Assembly: GCA_035258805.1 (NCBI GenBank)
Contig: DATFWY010000099.1
Span: 5,357-69,356, forward strand
Source of the DNA: Blastocatellia bacterium
GTDB taxonomy: Bacteria; Acidobacteriota; Blastocatellia; UBA7656
Length of the DNA: 64,000 nt
Direction of reading: 5' to 3'
Position numbers and translations under genes: made by a program. Positions 38,330 through 48,271 of the stretch are shown here, piece after piece. Positions within the stretch are counted from its first letter, which is position 1, and every line of letters begins with the position of its first letter. The notes under the pieces were generated by a model. That model ran no database searches. It saw only the letters and a program-made list of their open reading frames with translations, and was not told the DNA's origin.

Positions 38330-39733
38330 ATGGAAGAGATACCATCAAAAGATCAGGAGCAGCCGTCGCATCTCCTTAGACGGTTCGGCCTTCTGCAGGC
38401 TACGGCTCTCAACATGTCGAATATGATCGGCATAGGGCCGTTTATCACGATCCCATTGCTGATGTCGGCGCTTGGGGGTCCGCAGGCGATGCTTGGGTGG
38501 TTCATCGCGGTTCTGATTGCCATACCTGACGGAATGATATGGAGCGAATTGGGCGCCAGCATGCCTGGATCGGGAGGAACTTATGTCTATTTGCGCGAAG
38601 GATACGGGCGCGAAACATACGGGCGATTGATGGCTTTCCTATTCATCTGGCAATTCGTCTTCAGCGGACCACTGGAGATCGCGTCAGGGTACATCGGTTT
38701 TGCAAAATACACCGGCTACGTCTGGCCGGCGGTCACACCGTTACAAACAGCACTAGTCGCTGCGGTCGTAGGAGTAATTAACATTGCGCTTCTGTATCGC
38801 AAGATTACCTCGATAGGCAAAATAACTGTCAGCCTCTGGGTAGGCACTCTGCTCGCAACCGGCGCGGTAATCGTGACCGGCGCGCTGCATTTCGACGCAA
38901 AACTGGCTTTCGACTTTCCGCCGGGCGCTTTTAATTTTTCTCTTGGTTTCTTGTTTGGATTAGGCGCGGCCGCCCGAGTGGGGGTCTATGATTACCTTGG
39001 TTACTACGACATCTGTTATATAGGCGATGAAGTGAAAGATCCTGGGCGGGTGATCCCGCGATCGATAATCATAAGCGTGTTGTCTGTAGCCGCAATTTAT
39101 TTTGCGATTAACCTGTCGATAATCGGAGTAGTCCCGTGGCGCGAATTTGTGCCTTATGATGTGCGTCCCGGTTCCGATTTTGTTGTCTCGACGTTTATGG
39201 AAAAAGTCTACGGTTCGAAGGTAGCGACTGTGTTCACGGCAATGGTGCTTTGGACCGCCTTCGGGTCGGTTTTTGCGCTGTTGCTCGGTTATTCTCGTAT
39301 ACCTTATGCCGCCGCCAAAGACGGCTATTTCTTCAAATTCTTCAGCTACATTCATCCGAAAAAGAACTTTCCTTACACATCGTTGATCGTCATTGGAATC
39401 ATCTCAATTGGCTGCAGCTTCTTCTCTCTCGGCATCGTCATTGATGCGTTGATAACGACTAGAATTCTTATTCAGTTCATTGGCCAAATATTCGCGGTGG
39501 CTTTGTTGAAGAAAACGAGGCCCGATATGTCGCGTCCATATCGGATCTGGTTATATCCTCTGCCAAGCATAATCGCACTGATTGGATGGGTATTTATCTT
39601 TGCCACGTCGGATCTCTACATAATTCTGTTCGGTCTCGGCACACTCGTGTTCGGGGTGGCATTTTTCTTTGTCTGGTCCTGGCGCACAACGCGCTGGCCG
39701 TTTGCCGCGCCGGTGTCCACCGCCGCTGACTGA
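38330..39733 (+). CDS. Amino acid permease (APC superfamily)
   Basis: 467 aa, 12-TM layout. N-terminal APC signature ALNMSNMIGIGPFITIPL...GPQAMLGWFIA. Confidence 0.85.
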   Translation: MEEIPSKDQEQPSHLLRRFGLLQATALNMSNMIGIGPFITIPLLMSALGGPQAMLGWFIAVLIAIPDGMIWSELGASMPGSGGTYVYLREGYGRETYGRLMAFLFIWQFVFSGPLEIASGYIGFAKYTGYVWPAVTPLQTALVAAVVGVINIALLYRKITSIGKITVSLWVGTLLATGAVIVTGALHFDAKLAFDFPPGAFNFSLGFLFGLGAAARVGVYDYLGYYDICYIGDEVKDPGRVIPRSIIISVLSVAAIYFAINLSIIGVVPWREFVPYDVRPGSDFVVSTFMEKVYGSKVATVFTAMVLWTAFGSVFALLLGYSRIPYAAAKDGYFFKFFSYIHPKKNFPYTSLIVIGIISIGCSFFSLGIVIDALITTRILIQFIGQIFAVALLKKTRPDMSRPYRIWLYPLPSIIALIGWVFIFATSDLYIILFGLGTLVFGVAFFFVWSWRTTRWPFAAPVSTAAD

Positions 39734-39744
39734 TCAACAGGCAC

Positions 39745-41037
39745 ATGGGAAAACTCGCAATTGCCGGCGCCGCGCCGCTCAGAACAAAACCATTTACTCA
39801 GTGGCCACAGTTTGACCATCGAGAGCGAGACGCCATCCTAGCGGTGCTCGAGAGCGGCAATTGGGGAGGCTATCCCTTCCCAAACGAAATCGCCTCGCGA
39901 TTTAGCCGGCAATTCGCCGCGCATCAAGATTCGAAACACGCTCTGTGCGCGGCCAATGGTACGGTGACGCTTGAAATTGCCTTGAAGGCAATCGGCATCG
40001 GGCCTGGCGACGAAGTGATCGTTCCGGCCTACACTTTCGAAGCCACCGTCGCACCAGTTCTAAGGCTCGGCGCAATTCCTGTATTTGTAGATGTCCTATC
40101 AGATACCTACTGCATCGATCCCGATGCAGCATCGGATGCAATCACATCCCGTACACGAGCGATAATCCCGGTTCACCTGGCAATGAGCATGGCGGATATG
40201 GATTCCCTTACTGAAGTTGCCCAGCGACACGGTTTGAAGCTGTTGGAGGATGGTGCGCACGCTCACGGAGCCAAGTGGCGAGGCAAAGGAGCGGGTTCAA
40301 TCGGAGATGCCGGCTCATTCAGCATGCAATCGAGTAAGCTGATGACTTCCGGTGAAGGCGGAGTAATCACGACTAACAGCGATGAAATCTTTGAGCTATG
40401 TGAGTCTTACGTGAATTGCGGACGGGCGAGTCAAACCGATAATTATGGTCATCGCATACTGGGGTTCAACTACCGAATGACTGAGTTTCAGGCTGCAATA
40501 CTTCTCGCTCAGCTGGAGCGATTGCCTGCACAAACTGAACTTCGCGCCGCCAGAGCAAAAAGGCTTTCGGATGGACTATCGGCCATTCCCGGGATTTCAC
40601 TTGTTGCAAGAGATGTTCGGCTTACCACTCAAGCGATTTACCAGTTCGTCTTCAAGTACAACGCCGAAGCATTTGGGGGCGCATCACGAGACCGATTCGT
40701 TGCAGCCCTCGAAGCTGAAGGTATTCCGGCCGAAGGCCGATTCTATGAACCGGTCTACCGTAGCCCGCTTTTTCGCGTCGACCCCGGAGACTTCCCTGCT
40801 CTATCAGTTCTCAGGACCTCGGACCTTCCCTGGGCCCGGACACAGTGTCCGGTGGCAGAGCGCGCGGCGTATTTCGAGTCTGTGTGGATACCTCATCAAT
40901 TGTTGCTTGGCAGCGAACAGGATGTAGATGAGATCGTGGAGGCTGTGCAGAAGATTCAAAGTAATGTCGACGAGTTGCTCAGTGCACAGCATCCACTTAT
41001 ACAAACTAAACAGCTAAACAGAGCAGACCGCAGATAA
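39745..41037 (+). CDS. DegT/DnrJ/EryC1/StrS family PLP-dependent aminotransferase
   Basis: 430 aa. The lysine-containing block SFSMQSSKLMTSGEGGVITTN is typical of sugar aminotransferases. Confidence 0.85.
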   Translation: MGKLAIAGAAPLRTKPFTQWPQFDHRERDAILAVLESGNWGGYPFPNEIASRFSRQFAAHQDSKHALCAANGTVTLEIALKAIGIGPGDEVIVPAYTFEATVAPVLRLGAIPVFVDVLSDTYCIDPDAASDAITSRTRAIIPVHLAMSMADMDSLTEVAQRHGLKLLEDGAHAHGAKWRGKGAGSIGDAGSFSMQSSKLMTSGEGGVITTNSDEIFELCESYVNCGRASQTDNYGHRILGFNYRMTEFQAAILLAQLERLPAQTELRAARAKRLSDGLSAIPGISLVARDVRLTTQAIYQFVFKYNAEAFGGASRDRFVAALEAEGIPAEGRFYEPVYRSPLFRVDPGDFPALSVLRTSDLPWARTQCPVAERAAYFESVWIPHQLLLGSEQDVDEIVEAVQKIQSNVDELLSAQHPLIQTKQLNRADRR

Positions 41038-41085
41038 TCAAACGACTGAAGTCGTTACTAAGGCTTAGTAGCGTTCGACACGTGA

Positions 41086-42972
41086 TCATTTGCCGACTAG
41101 AAATCCGTGATATCGCCCCATCCAATACGGTAACAAAAAGAACGAACCATCATCTTCGCCCCTCCCCTCGCTTTTATCATCAAGTTGAAACGGATTGCTG
41201 TTCCACTTCATTACTCGACGCTCATCGGGCGGCAGCAAGCGGGTCGTTTGCTGTTGATTGTGCCGCTCAGGAGAAGAATCGATCGGCAGATCGCGGCGGT
41301 GGGAATTCCTGATCGACCACTTGATGAGGTCCATCGGTATTCGGTAGAGGGTTCGCGCACCTGCTTCCAATGGTGCCGTCTTGCCCGGATTACAAACCTG
41401 ATAGATGAATATCCACAGTGGATTGTCTTCGCGCTTGATGTTCACCCACCACTGCTCCAAACCTTCTCGGTAAACTGACAAGAGCTCGGGATTCTGTTCA
41501 TAGCGAAACAACGGATAATAAGAGAGCATCGCGAGCTCTTCGTCCGAATAGTTTAGCTCCTGACGCAACTTCAAATAGGTAGTGGTGTTCTTGTGATAGC
41601 CTTTCTCTTTGATCAACTTGTTGTATTCGCGATCATAACGAGGATTGCCAGTCATGTGATAAGCAACCTTCAGATGCGAAAGCAGTTCGAGCGATCGCAG
41701 CGCCCGCTCTTCCCTTCCATCGTCGGTTTCAAAATACGCTTCATCGTAGCGTCCCCATCGAGTCGGTCCGTTGTGTAGATCTGTCAGGTTGTAACCGTGA
41801 TCAATGAGGTGATCCGCCATTCGAGAGACCGCTCCCCGCAACCGTTGCTTCAGATTTTCGTCAGCAGCAAGGTCGTAGAGAACCGAGAAGGCGAAAAAAT
41901 GACCGACAACTTCATCAGAACTTGTGTCTGCTTTCCATTCCCAGTCCTGGTCTGGCGTGAAATGCCAGATTCCGTCCTGATGACGGGGCTCCGATTTACT
42001 TCGGAATGACCTCGCCGGAAACCCTGACCGACCGGTGATCGCTTCCAAACGCAGCATTGCTTCGCAGGACTTTCGTGCAGCCTCAAGCGCCTGATTCTCC
42101 TTCGTCACTTTGTAGTGAAACGCTTGTGAAGCTACATAGATCGCGGTCCATAGGCCGTCATTGTCATTCGGATATTGATGACTTGTTGCAAGATTTCCGG
42201 GTTCGGCGAGCTGCGAATCTGCAACCAGGCCATATCGCTTGTGTCGCTCTGAGATCCGTTGTTCAAAGTAAGCAGCCTTGTCTGCCAGGCTGAGTGATCG
42301 AAACTCCAAATGAGATACGCCGGCAGTTGTTTGAACCCACATTGACCCTGCTTCACCGGCCGCTAACGCAGTAACCTGATCAGACGCTAAGTAACGCCAG
42401 CCACCAAAGTATTGCCACCTGTCCCAAGGCGGGAAGAAATTAGGCGATGCAGACTCTGCGTCAACATATCGCACCAGCCCCTGATCGCCGCCCGCCCAGA
42501 CTGCACCGTCAGTCGCGACAGCTATCACGCTAAGATCTCCAACGGGCAAGCCTTCAGCGTATGAGAGTCGTCTGACTCCGGTTGCTGGACGCTGTGTCAT
42601 ACCTTCAGCGTATGAGAGTCGTCCGACTCCGGTTGCTGGACGCGGTGACGGACCTTCAGCGGGAGACTGAACCAACGCGTCCGGCTCGACGGACCACTCC
42701 ACACCACGTCCTCGCGCTTTTTTAGACGGGTTTGCGAGTGAACGTAGGATGTTCTCTGGAATGAGCACGTTATTAGTTGAATAGAAAGTACGAAATTTCT
42801 GAGGCGTTGCTCGGAGGCGGACTGCGGCAGGCGTGACTCGCAGCCGGACTGCGCCCGGCGCTTGGAGCGTCCGGACTACGCCTGGCGCTTGGAGTGTCCG
42901 GCTTGGCGCTTGGAGCGTGATGTGAAGAACGAGGCAGAGGCACAATGTGGTGGAGATGACGAGCTTGAGCAT
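41086..42972 (-). CDS. Secreted hypothetical protein with internal tandem repeats and a possible alpha-helical hydrolase-like C-terminal domain
   Basis: Probable start MLKLVISTTLCLCLVLHITLQAP (signal peptide). The track extends the ORF into the satellite to 43008. Three copies of TLQAPGxVR, encoded by 27-bp DNA repeats at about 42852..42920. A 17-aa repeat ATGV[GR]RLSYAEG, encoded by a 51-bp tandem duplication at 42551..42669. Confidence 0.5.
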   Translation of the reverse strand: MLKLVISTTLCLCLVLHITLQAPSRTLQAPGVVRTLQAPGAVRLRVTPAAVRLRATPQKFRTFYSTNNVLIPENILRSLANPSKKARGRGVEWSVEPDALVQSPAEGPSPRPATGVGRLSYAEGMTQRPATGVRRLSYAEGLPVGDLSVIAVATDGAVWAGGDQGLVRYVDAESASPNFFPPWDRWQYFGGWRYLASDQVTALAAGEAGSMWVQTTAGVSHLEFRSLSLADKAAYFEQRISERHKRYGLVADSQLAEPGNLATSHQYPNDNDGLWTAIYVASQAFHYKVTKENQALEAARKSCEAMLRLEAITGRSGFPARSFRSKSEPRHQDGIWHFTPDQDWEWKADTSSDEVVGHFFAFSVLYDLAADENLKQRLRGAVSRMADHLIDHGYNLTDLHNGPTRWGRYDEAYFETDDGREERALRSLELLSHLKVAYHMTGNPRYDREYNKLIKEKGYHKNTTTYLKLRQELNYSDEELAMLSYYPLFRYEQNPELLSVYREGLEQWWVNIKREDNPLWIFIYQVCNPGKTAPLEAGARTLYRIPMDLIKWSIRNSHRRDLPIDSSPERHNQQQTTRLLPPDERRVMKWNSNPFQLDDKSEGRGEDDGSFFLLPYWMGRYHGFLVGK

Positions 42973-42982
42973 GGATGGCCGA

Positions 42983-43210
42983 ACTGAATCTGCAATATGA
43001 ATCTGCAATATGAATCTGCAATATGAATCTGCAGTCTGAATCTGCAGTCTGAATCTGCAATCTGAAATTTGAAATTTTTCGTATGCTATCTAAATCCGCA
43101 ATCTGAATCTGCAATCTAAATCCGCAATCTGAATCTGCAATCTGAAATTTGAAATTTTTCGTATGCTATCTGAACCTGCAATCTGAATCTGAAATCTGAA
43201 ATTTGAAATC
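42983..43210. repeat. Complex satellite of CTGAAT+CTGCAAT (13-mer) units, with an internal duplication of about 60 bp
   Basis: ...ctgaatctgcaatatgaatctgcaatatgaatctgcaatatgaatctgcagtctgaatctgcagtctgaatctgcaatctgaaatttgaaatttttcgtatgctatctaaatccgcaatctgaatctgcaatctaaatccgcaatctgaatctgcaatctgaaatttgaaatttttcgtatgctatctgaacctgcaatctgaatctgaaatctgaaatttgaaatc. Same family as 7349..7481. Confidence 0.9.
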
Positions 43211-43242
43211 TCCCTTCTGCCCTCTCAAAAAACCTCAAACCC

Positions 43243-44709
43243 TCACGCCAAAATCTCCCGCACCGCCTCCCCGTGCACGTCCGTCAGCCTAAAATGCCTC
43301 CCCTGAAACTTAAACGTGAGCCTCTTATGGTCCACGCCAAGACAATGCAGAATCGTAGCCTGCAAGTCATGCACGTGCACCGGATCCTTAACAATGTTGT
43401 ACGAGTAATCATCGGTCTCGCCGAATGTCAGACCTCGCTTGATCCCGCCTCCCGCGAGCCACATTGCAAAACATCGTGGGTGATGGTCGCGACCATAGTT
43501 GTTCTCAGTTAGCTTACCCTGACAGTAAACCGTTCGCCCAAACTCACCACCCCACACCACAAGCGTGCCATCCAGCATGCCGCGCTGCTTCAAATCAAGT
43601 ATCAGCGCCGCCGAAGCCTGATCTGTGCCTTTACACTGCAGAGCAATGTCGCGAGGCAAATCATTGTGTTGGTCCCAGCCTCGGTGGTACAGCTGGATGA
43701 ACCGAACGTTGCGCTCCGCCAGGCGCCGCGCAAGCAGGCAATTCGCGGCGTAAGTCCCCGGCTTCCGCGAATCTGGGCCGTACATCTCAAAGATATGTTC
43801 CGGCTCCTTCGAAAGATCCATCAAGTCTGGCACTGATGTCTGCATTCGATATGCCATCTCATATTGCTGGATTCGTGTATCGATCTCGGGGTCACCGTAT
43901 GATTCGGCTTTGATCTTATTCAAGCTCATCACTGCATCCAGCATCTGGCGTCTGGTCGTCTTGTTGATCCCGGGCGGATCGGCAAGATAAAGCACTGGCT
44001 CGCCGCTCCCGCGAAACCTGACTCCCTGATAGCTCGATGGCAGGAAACCTGCTCCCCATAAGCGCGAGAAAAGCGGTTGGTCCGTATTAATCGCATTGGC
44101 AACCGAGAGCAACACTACGAATGACGGCAGGTTTTGGTTTTCACTTCCTAACCCATAGCTCACCCACGATCCGAGACTTGGACGCCCGGGCTGTTGGCTC
44201 CCGGTTTGTATGAAGGTGATCGCCGGATCGTGATTGATCGCTTCGGTATTCATGCTTCTCACGATCGTAATTTCGTCGACGATTTTCGCGGTGTGAGGAA
44301 GAAGCTCACTGAGCCAGGATCCTGATTGCCCGTGCTGGCTGAATTTAAAAAGAGAGTTGACCACCGGCAGCGAGCTCTGCCCCGAAGTCATGCCCGTAAT
44401 TCGCTGACCCATCCGAACCGATGCTGGAAGCTCGGTACCGTGAAAGCGACTGAGCGCCGGCTTGTAATCGAACAGATCCATTTGTGAGGGCGCACCGGAC
44501 TGATGAAGGAAGATGACCCGTTTCGCCTTCGGGGCGAAGTGTGGAAGGCCGGTCAGTCCGCCAGTTTTCGGATCTCTGTCATTTTGAGTATCTGCAAACA
44601 CTGCCGGCTTAAGCAGTGAAGCGAATGCGGCGACACCAATGCCAGTGCTGGCAAGTCCAAAGAGTTGCCGCCGCGTCAGCGTGAGTTCGAGCTCCCGTTT
44701 GAGATCCAT
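43243..44709 (-). CDS. DUF1501 domain protein (sulfatase-like, Tat-exported)
   Basis: Tat motif TRRQLFGLASTGIGVAAFA. DUF1501 architecture. Sits 23 bp downstream of the DUF1553 gene, the usual pairing. Confidence 0.85.
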   Translation of the reverse strand: MDLKRELELTLTRRQLFGLASTGIGVAAFASLLKPAVFADTQNDRDPKTGGLTGLPHFAPKAKRVIFLHQSGAPSQMDLFDYKPALSRFHGTELPASVRMGQRITGMTSGQSSLPVVNSLFKFSQHGQSGSWLSELLPHTAKIVDEITIVRSMNTEAINHDPAITFIQTGSQQPGRPSLGSWVSYGLGSENQNLPSFVVLLSVANAINTDQPLFSRLWGAGFLPSSYQGVRFRGSGEPVLYLADPPGINKTTRRQMLDAVMSLNKIKAESYGDPEIDTRIQQYEMAYRMQTSVPDLMDLSKEPEHIFEMYGPDSRKPGTYAANCLLARRLAERNVRFIQLYHRGWDQHNDLPRDIALQCKGTDQASAALILDLKQRGMLDGTLVVWGGEFGRTVYCQGKLTENNYGRDHHPRCFAMWLAGGGIKRGLTFGETDDYSYNIVKDPVHVHDLQATILHCLGVDHKRLTFKFQGRHFRLTDVHGEAVREILA

Positions 44710-44732
44710 ATAAAGATAGATCAGTCCTTAGA

Positions 44733-47700
44733 TCACTCTCTGGTTATTGTCTCGTCCAGATTCAAGATGGCACTCGCTAAGATCGTCCAGGCAGCGAGCT
44801 CAGACGGGTTGAGACGTGCATCACATTTCGATTCGCCGACTGACAACAAATCCGACACGGCTTTCTTATCTCCACGGTAGCGGCTCAGTTGTTGGTCGAA
44901 CAAAACCTGGAGTACCTGGCGCTCCTTCGCGTTCGGAAGTCTTGATGTTGCTAGTCGAAAAGCAAAATTTATGCGGCTCTGAACATCTCTTCCGCCCTCA
45001 GTCATCGTGCGCTGCGCTAAGTGTCGTGCCGCTTCGATGTAAGTGGGGTCGTTCATCAGAACGAGAGCTTGTAATGGAGTATTGGTTACCGCTCGACGCG
45101 CGGTGCATTTCTCACGATCCGGTGCATCAAAGGTGACAAGCTGAGGTGGTGGAACCGTTCGCTTCCAGAATGTGTACATGCTCCGGCGGTACAGATCTCG
45201 GCCGGTGCTCTGCGTGAACGATTGAGCGGAGAACCCGTCGCCGAACGCCAGCTCATCCCATAATCCCTTCGGCTGGTAAGGAAATACGCCAGGTCCACCG
45301 ATATCCGTGTTAAGCAATCCGCTTATTGCTAAGGCGTTATCGCGAACGGTTTCCGCAGAGAGTCGCATTCGCGGTCCACGTGCGAGCAGCCGGTTCTCTG
45401 GATCCTTCGCCAACAAATCCGGACTGACGAGTGATGATTGCTGATAAGCTGCAGAAGTTACAATCAGGCGCTGCATCGATTTCACATCCCAGCCGTTGCG
45501 AATGAACTCCGTTGCGAGCCAATCCAGCAGTTCCGGATGGAACGGCGGCTCACCCTGCATGCCGAAGTTCTCAGAGGTCTTTACGATTCCGGTGCCAAAA
45601 TACATCTGCCAGTAACGGTTGACGGTGACGCGCGCCGTCAAAGGGTGATCTGGTGATACAAGCCACTTTGCCAGGCCTAGTCGATTGATGGGTGCGTTTT
45701 GCGGGTACGACGAAAGCACGGCGGGGACGCCAGGAGAGACCTTCTCATTCTGGTTGCGGTAATCGCCTCGACCAAGAACAAATGTCTCCCGCGGCTTCTC
45801 GAGTTCGGACATTATCATTACGGTTGGAATCGTCTTTTCCAGAGACTCTTTTTGTCGTCGCAGGTCCTTCAAATCTGCATAGGCTTCTCGGAATGCAGCC
45901 GGCGCTTCATACGTTAAGAAGTAGTCGCGGACCCGCGCATCGTCTTCCTTTGATCTCTTTCCAGACACGCCAGCAAGAATCGTCTGAATCGGGTACCGGA
46001 TCGCTAGCTCCTCAGTTTCGCTGTTATCGAGCGATCTCTTGTACAGCCGTAAATCATCAATGTTCCCGCGGAATGGTCCTCCTAAGTTCTTGTTGCCAAT
46101 CTGCAGCTCGGCATCGTTCACAATCGTGCCCGAGAGACTGTCCTGAGCCACATGGGTTTTCGCGAGCTTGCCGTTTAGGTAAAGGTGCAGACCGGCCGCT
46201 TTCCCGGAGCCGTCATAAGTCAAAGTAATGTGATACCAGTCTCCCAGCGTAAGCCGCTCAGTCGTTTTTATTTGGATGCTGTTATCGGGCCAGTTAGAGG
46301 TTAATCTGATAGTCAGATGCGCGGCGCGTTTTTGAATACCTACGAGCTCGTGATCATCCAAAAGAAACTCATAACCTCGCCGAGTTGAAGGGTTGTCAAT
46401 TTTCTGAAGAACTGCGATGGGAGTATTGCCGTTCCCCCGCATCCAAAACGCGATAGTAAATTGATCCTTCTCAGCAAAGTTTCCAACGCGGCCAAAACTT
46501 ATATGTGAGTAGCCATCGAAGCTGATGGACTTTCCGACTTGTCCGGCACCGAACGTCGGGTCGCCACTCAGAGTCCGGCCCTGCTGATAGCGGCCAGACA
46601 CGTCCGAGAGACTGCCGTCTAACTCGTAGTGGGCAGTGATTCCACTTACGAGTGACTTTGCCGATTTGTCAACAAATCCCTTCTCCCATTGTTCCTGAGA
46701 CGCCACAACTTCTTTTCCGTCCAGCGCAGTCTCCTTGCCTTTTATGGCTGAACTCAACTGGTCTGATTTGGTTTTCTGCTCGGATGTTGGAAGCGCCAAA
46801 AAGGGCTTTGCATTACCTGTTCTTCCATCGAGCCCCTCTTCGGAAATTGTGTTGAAGAATGCGAAGAATTGATAGAACTCTTTCTGCGTGATCGGATCGT
46901 ATTTGTGGCCATGACAACGCGCGCAACCCAAGGTCGTGGCCATCCATACGTTTGAGGTCGTTTCAACGCGATCGACAACATATTCGACCTGGTACTCTTC
47001 TGGTATAGCTCCGCCTTCAAAATTGATCATGTGATTTCTGTTGAACCCGGAAGCTATCTGTTGCTCGACAGTCGCATTCGGTAAGAGATCGCCTGCAAGC
47101 TGCTCGATTGTGAACTGATCGAATGGTAGATTTCGGTTGAATGCACTGATGACCCAATCGCGCCACCGCCACATATCACGATGACTGTCGATGTGATAGC
47201 CATGCGTATCGGCGTATCGCGCCAGATCAAGCCACTGCATGGCCATTCGCTCACCATAATGCGATGAGCTCAGCAGTCTATCGACCTGCTTCTCGTACGC
47301 GTCAGGCGCGGTGTCCTTCAAAAAAGAATCTATCTCTGCCGGCGTCGGCTGTAGGCCGGTCAAATCGAGGCTAACGCGGCGAAGCAGCGTCGCCATATCG
47401 GCTTGTGGTGACGGGTTCAGACCCTCGCGCTCAAGTCGTTCCAGGATGAAATTATCGATCGGGTTGCGAAGCCACGCGGTGTTTGCAACTCGTGGAGGCT
47501 CAACGCGCTTTGGAGGCAGGTAGGCCCAATGCGTTTCCCATTTAGCGCCTTCATCAATCCAGCGTCGGAGAAGCTCTATCTGATTGGCGGTGAGGCTTCG
47601 ATCAGAGCCTGGAGGCGGCATGCGCATCTCTGGTTGAGTTGCGGTGATACGTTTGATCAAACGGCTGTTCGAAGAATCGCCAGGACTTATTACGCCAGCC

Positions 47701-47909
47701 TTGGCGAATGCGCCCTGCTTGGTGTCAAAACGAAGGCCAGCCTTTCGCTGCCTGTCGTCGGGACCGTGGCATGCGAAACAGGTGTCAGAGAGGATCGGGC
47801 TGATATCGCGATTGAAGTCGACGGAAGGTTGTTTCTTATCCTGTGCGAGGACTGCACAGCAGATCGCCGTTACAACGATTCCAACCAGCGATATCTGTCG
47901 TCTCGGCAT
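44733..47909 (-). CDS. PSCyt1/DUF1549/DUF1553 (PSD1) protein with central concanavalin/LamG-like domain
   Basis: CFACHG (CxxCH) close to the N-terminus. DUF1549 and DUF1553 blocks (CARCHGHKYDP). Probable start MPRRQISLVGIVVTAICCAVLAQD at 47909. The track ORF extends to 48044. Confidence 0.85.
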   Translation of the reverse strand: MPRRQISLVGIVVTAICCAVLAQDKKQPSVDFNRDISPILSDTCFACHGPDDRQRKAGLRFDTKQGAFAKAGVISPGDSSNSRLIKRITATQPEMRMPPPGSDRSLTANQIELLRRWIDEGAKWETHWAYLPPKRVEPPRVANTAWLRNPIDNFILERLEREGLNPSPQADMATLLRRVSLDLTGLQPTPAEIDSFLKDTAPDAYEKQVDRLLSSSHYGERMAMQWLDLARYADTHGYHIDSHRDMWRWRDWVISAFNRNLPFDQFTIEQLAGDLLPNATVEQQIASGFNRNHMINFEGGAIPEEYQVEYVVDRVETTSNVWMATTLGCARCHGHKYDPITQKEFYQFFAFFNTISEEGLDGRTGNAKPFLALPTSEQKTKSDQLSSAIKGKETALDGKEVVASQEQWEKGFVDKSAKSLVSGITAHYELDGSLSDVSGRYQQGRTLSGDPTFGAGQVGKSISFDGYSHISFGRVGNFAEKDQFTIAFWMRGNGNTPIAVLQKIDNPSTRRGYEFLLDDHELVGIQKRAAHLTIRLTSNWPDNSIQIKTTERLTLGDWYHITLTYDGSGKAAGLHLYLNGKLAKTHVAQDSLSGTIVNDAELQIGNKNLGGPFRGNIDDLRLYKRSLDNSETEELAIRYPIQTILAGVSGKRSKEDDARVRDYFLTYEAPAAFREAYADLKDLRRQKESLEKTIPTVMIMSELEKPRETFVLGRGDYRNQNEKVSPGVPAVLSSYPQNAPINRLGLAKWLVSPDHPLTARVTVNRYWQMYFGTGIVKTSENFGMQGEPPFHPELLDWLATEFIRNGWDVKSMQRLIVTSAAYQQSSLVSPDLLAKDPENRLLARGPRMRLSAETVRDNALAISGLLNTDIGGPGVFPYQPKGLWDELAFGDGFSAQSFTQSTGRDLYRRSMYTFWKRTVPPPQLVTFDAPDREKCTARRAVTNTPLQALVLMNDPTYIEAARHLAQRTMTEGGRDVQSRINFAFRLATSRLPNAKERQVLQVLFDQQLSRYRGDKKAVSDLLSVGESKCDARLNPSELAAWTILASAILNLDETITRE

Positions 47910-48271
47910 GTCCTTTTCATGTCGGGAGAGTGCAGAAAAGGAAGGTCCCTCCCGGCCACGCAAGGTTACGCCACATATGAGCAGATCGCAATCGCACTGA
48001 TGATGCTTATAGTTTCTGTCTATATCCCTCATCGTGCCTGCCATTTCGGTTCATACACACCTAGTTAGTCTTGATGCGGTAGCCTGCAGGCGAGAGGGCC
48101 AAGCTGTTTTGTACGGCATGACGAGCGAGAACGAATAAATTCGTTACTACGTGACAGCACACGGCACTCGAATTTACCTGTCTTTAATCCTACAATGTCG
48201 CCGTCAAAGCCGGACAGTGCGGGCACAAGCAATAAAACTTATTCCGAGCTTGAGGACTAAACAGAACTACG

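Noticed and set aside
47910-48044. N-terminal extension MAGTMRDID... of the DUF1549/1553 gene
   Set aside because: A signal peptide and start are evident at MPRRQISLVG (47909). The extension is Cys/His-rich and non-homologous.
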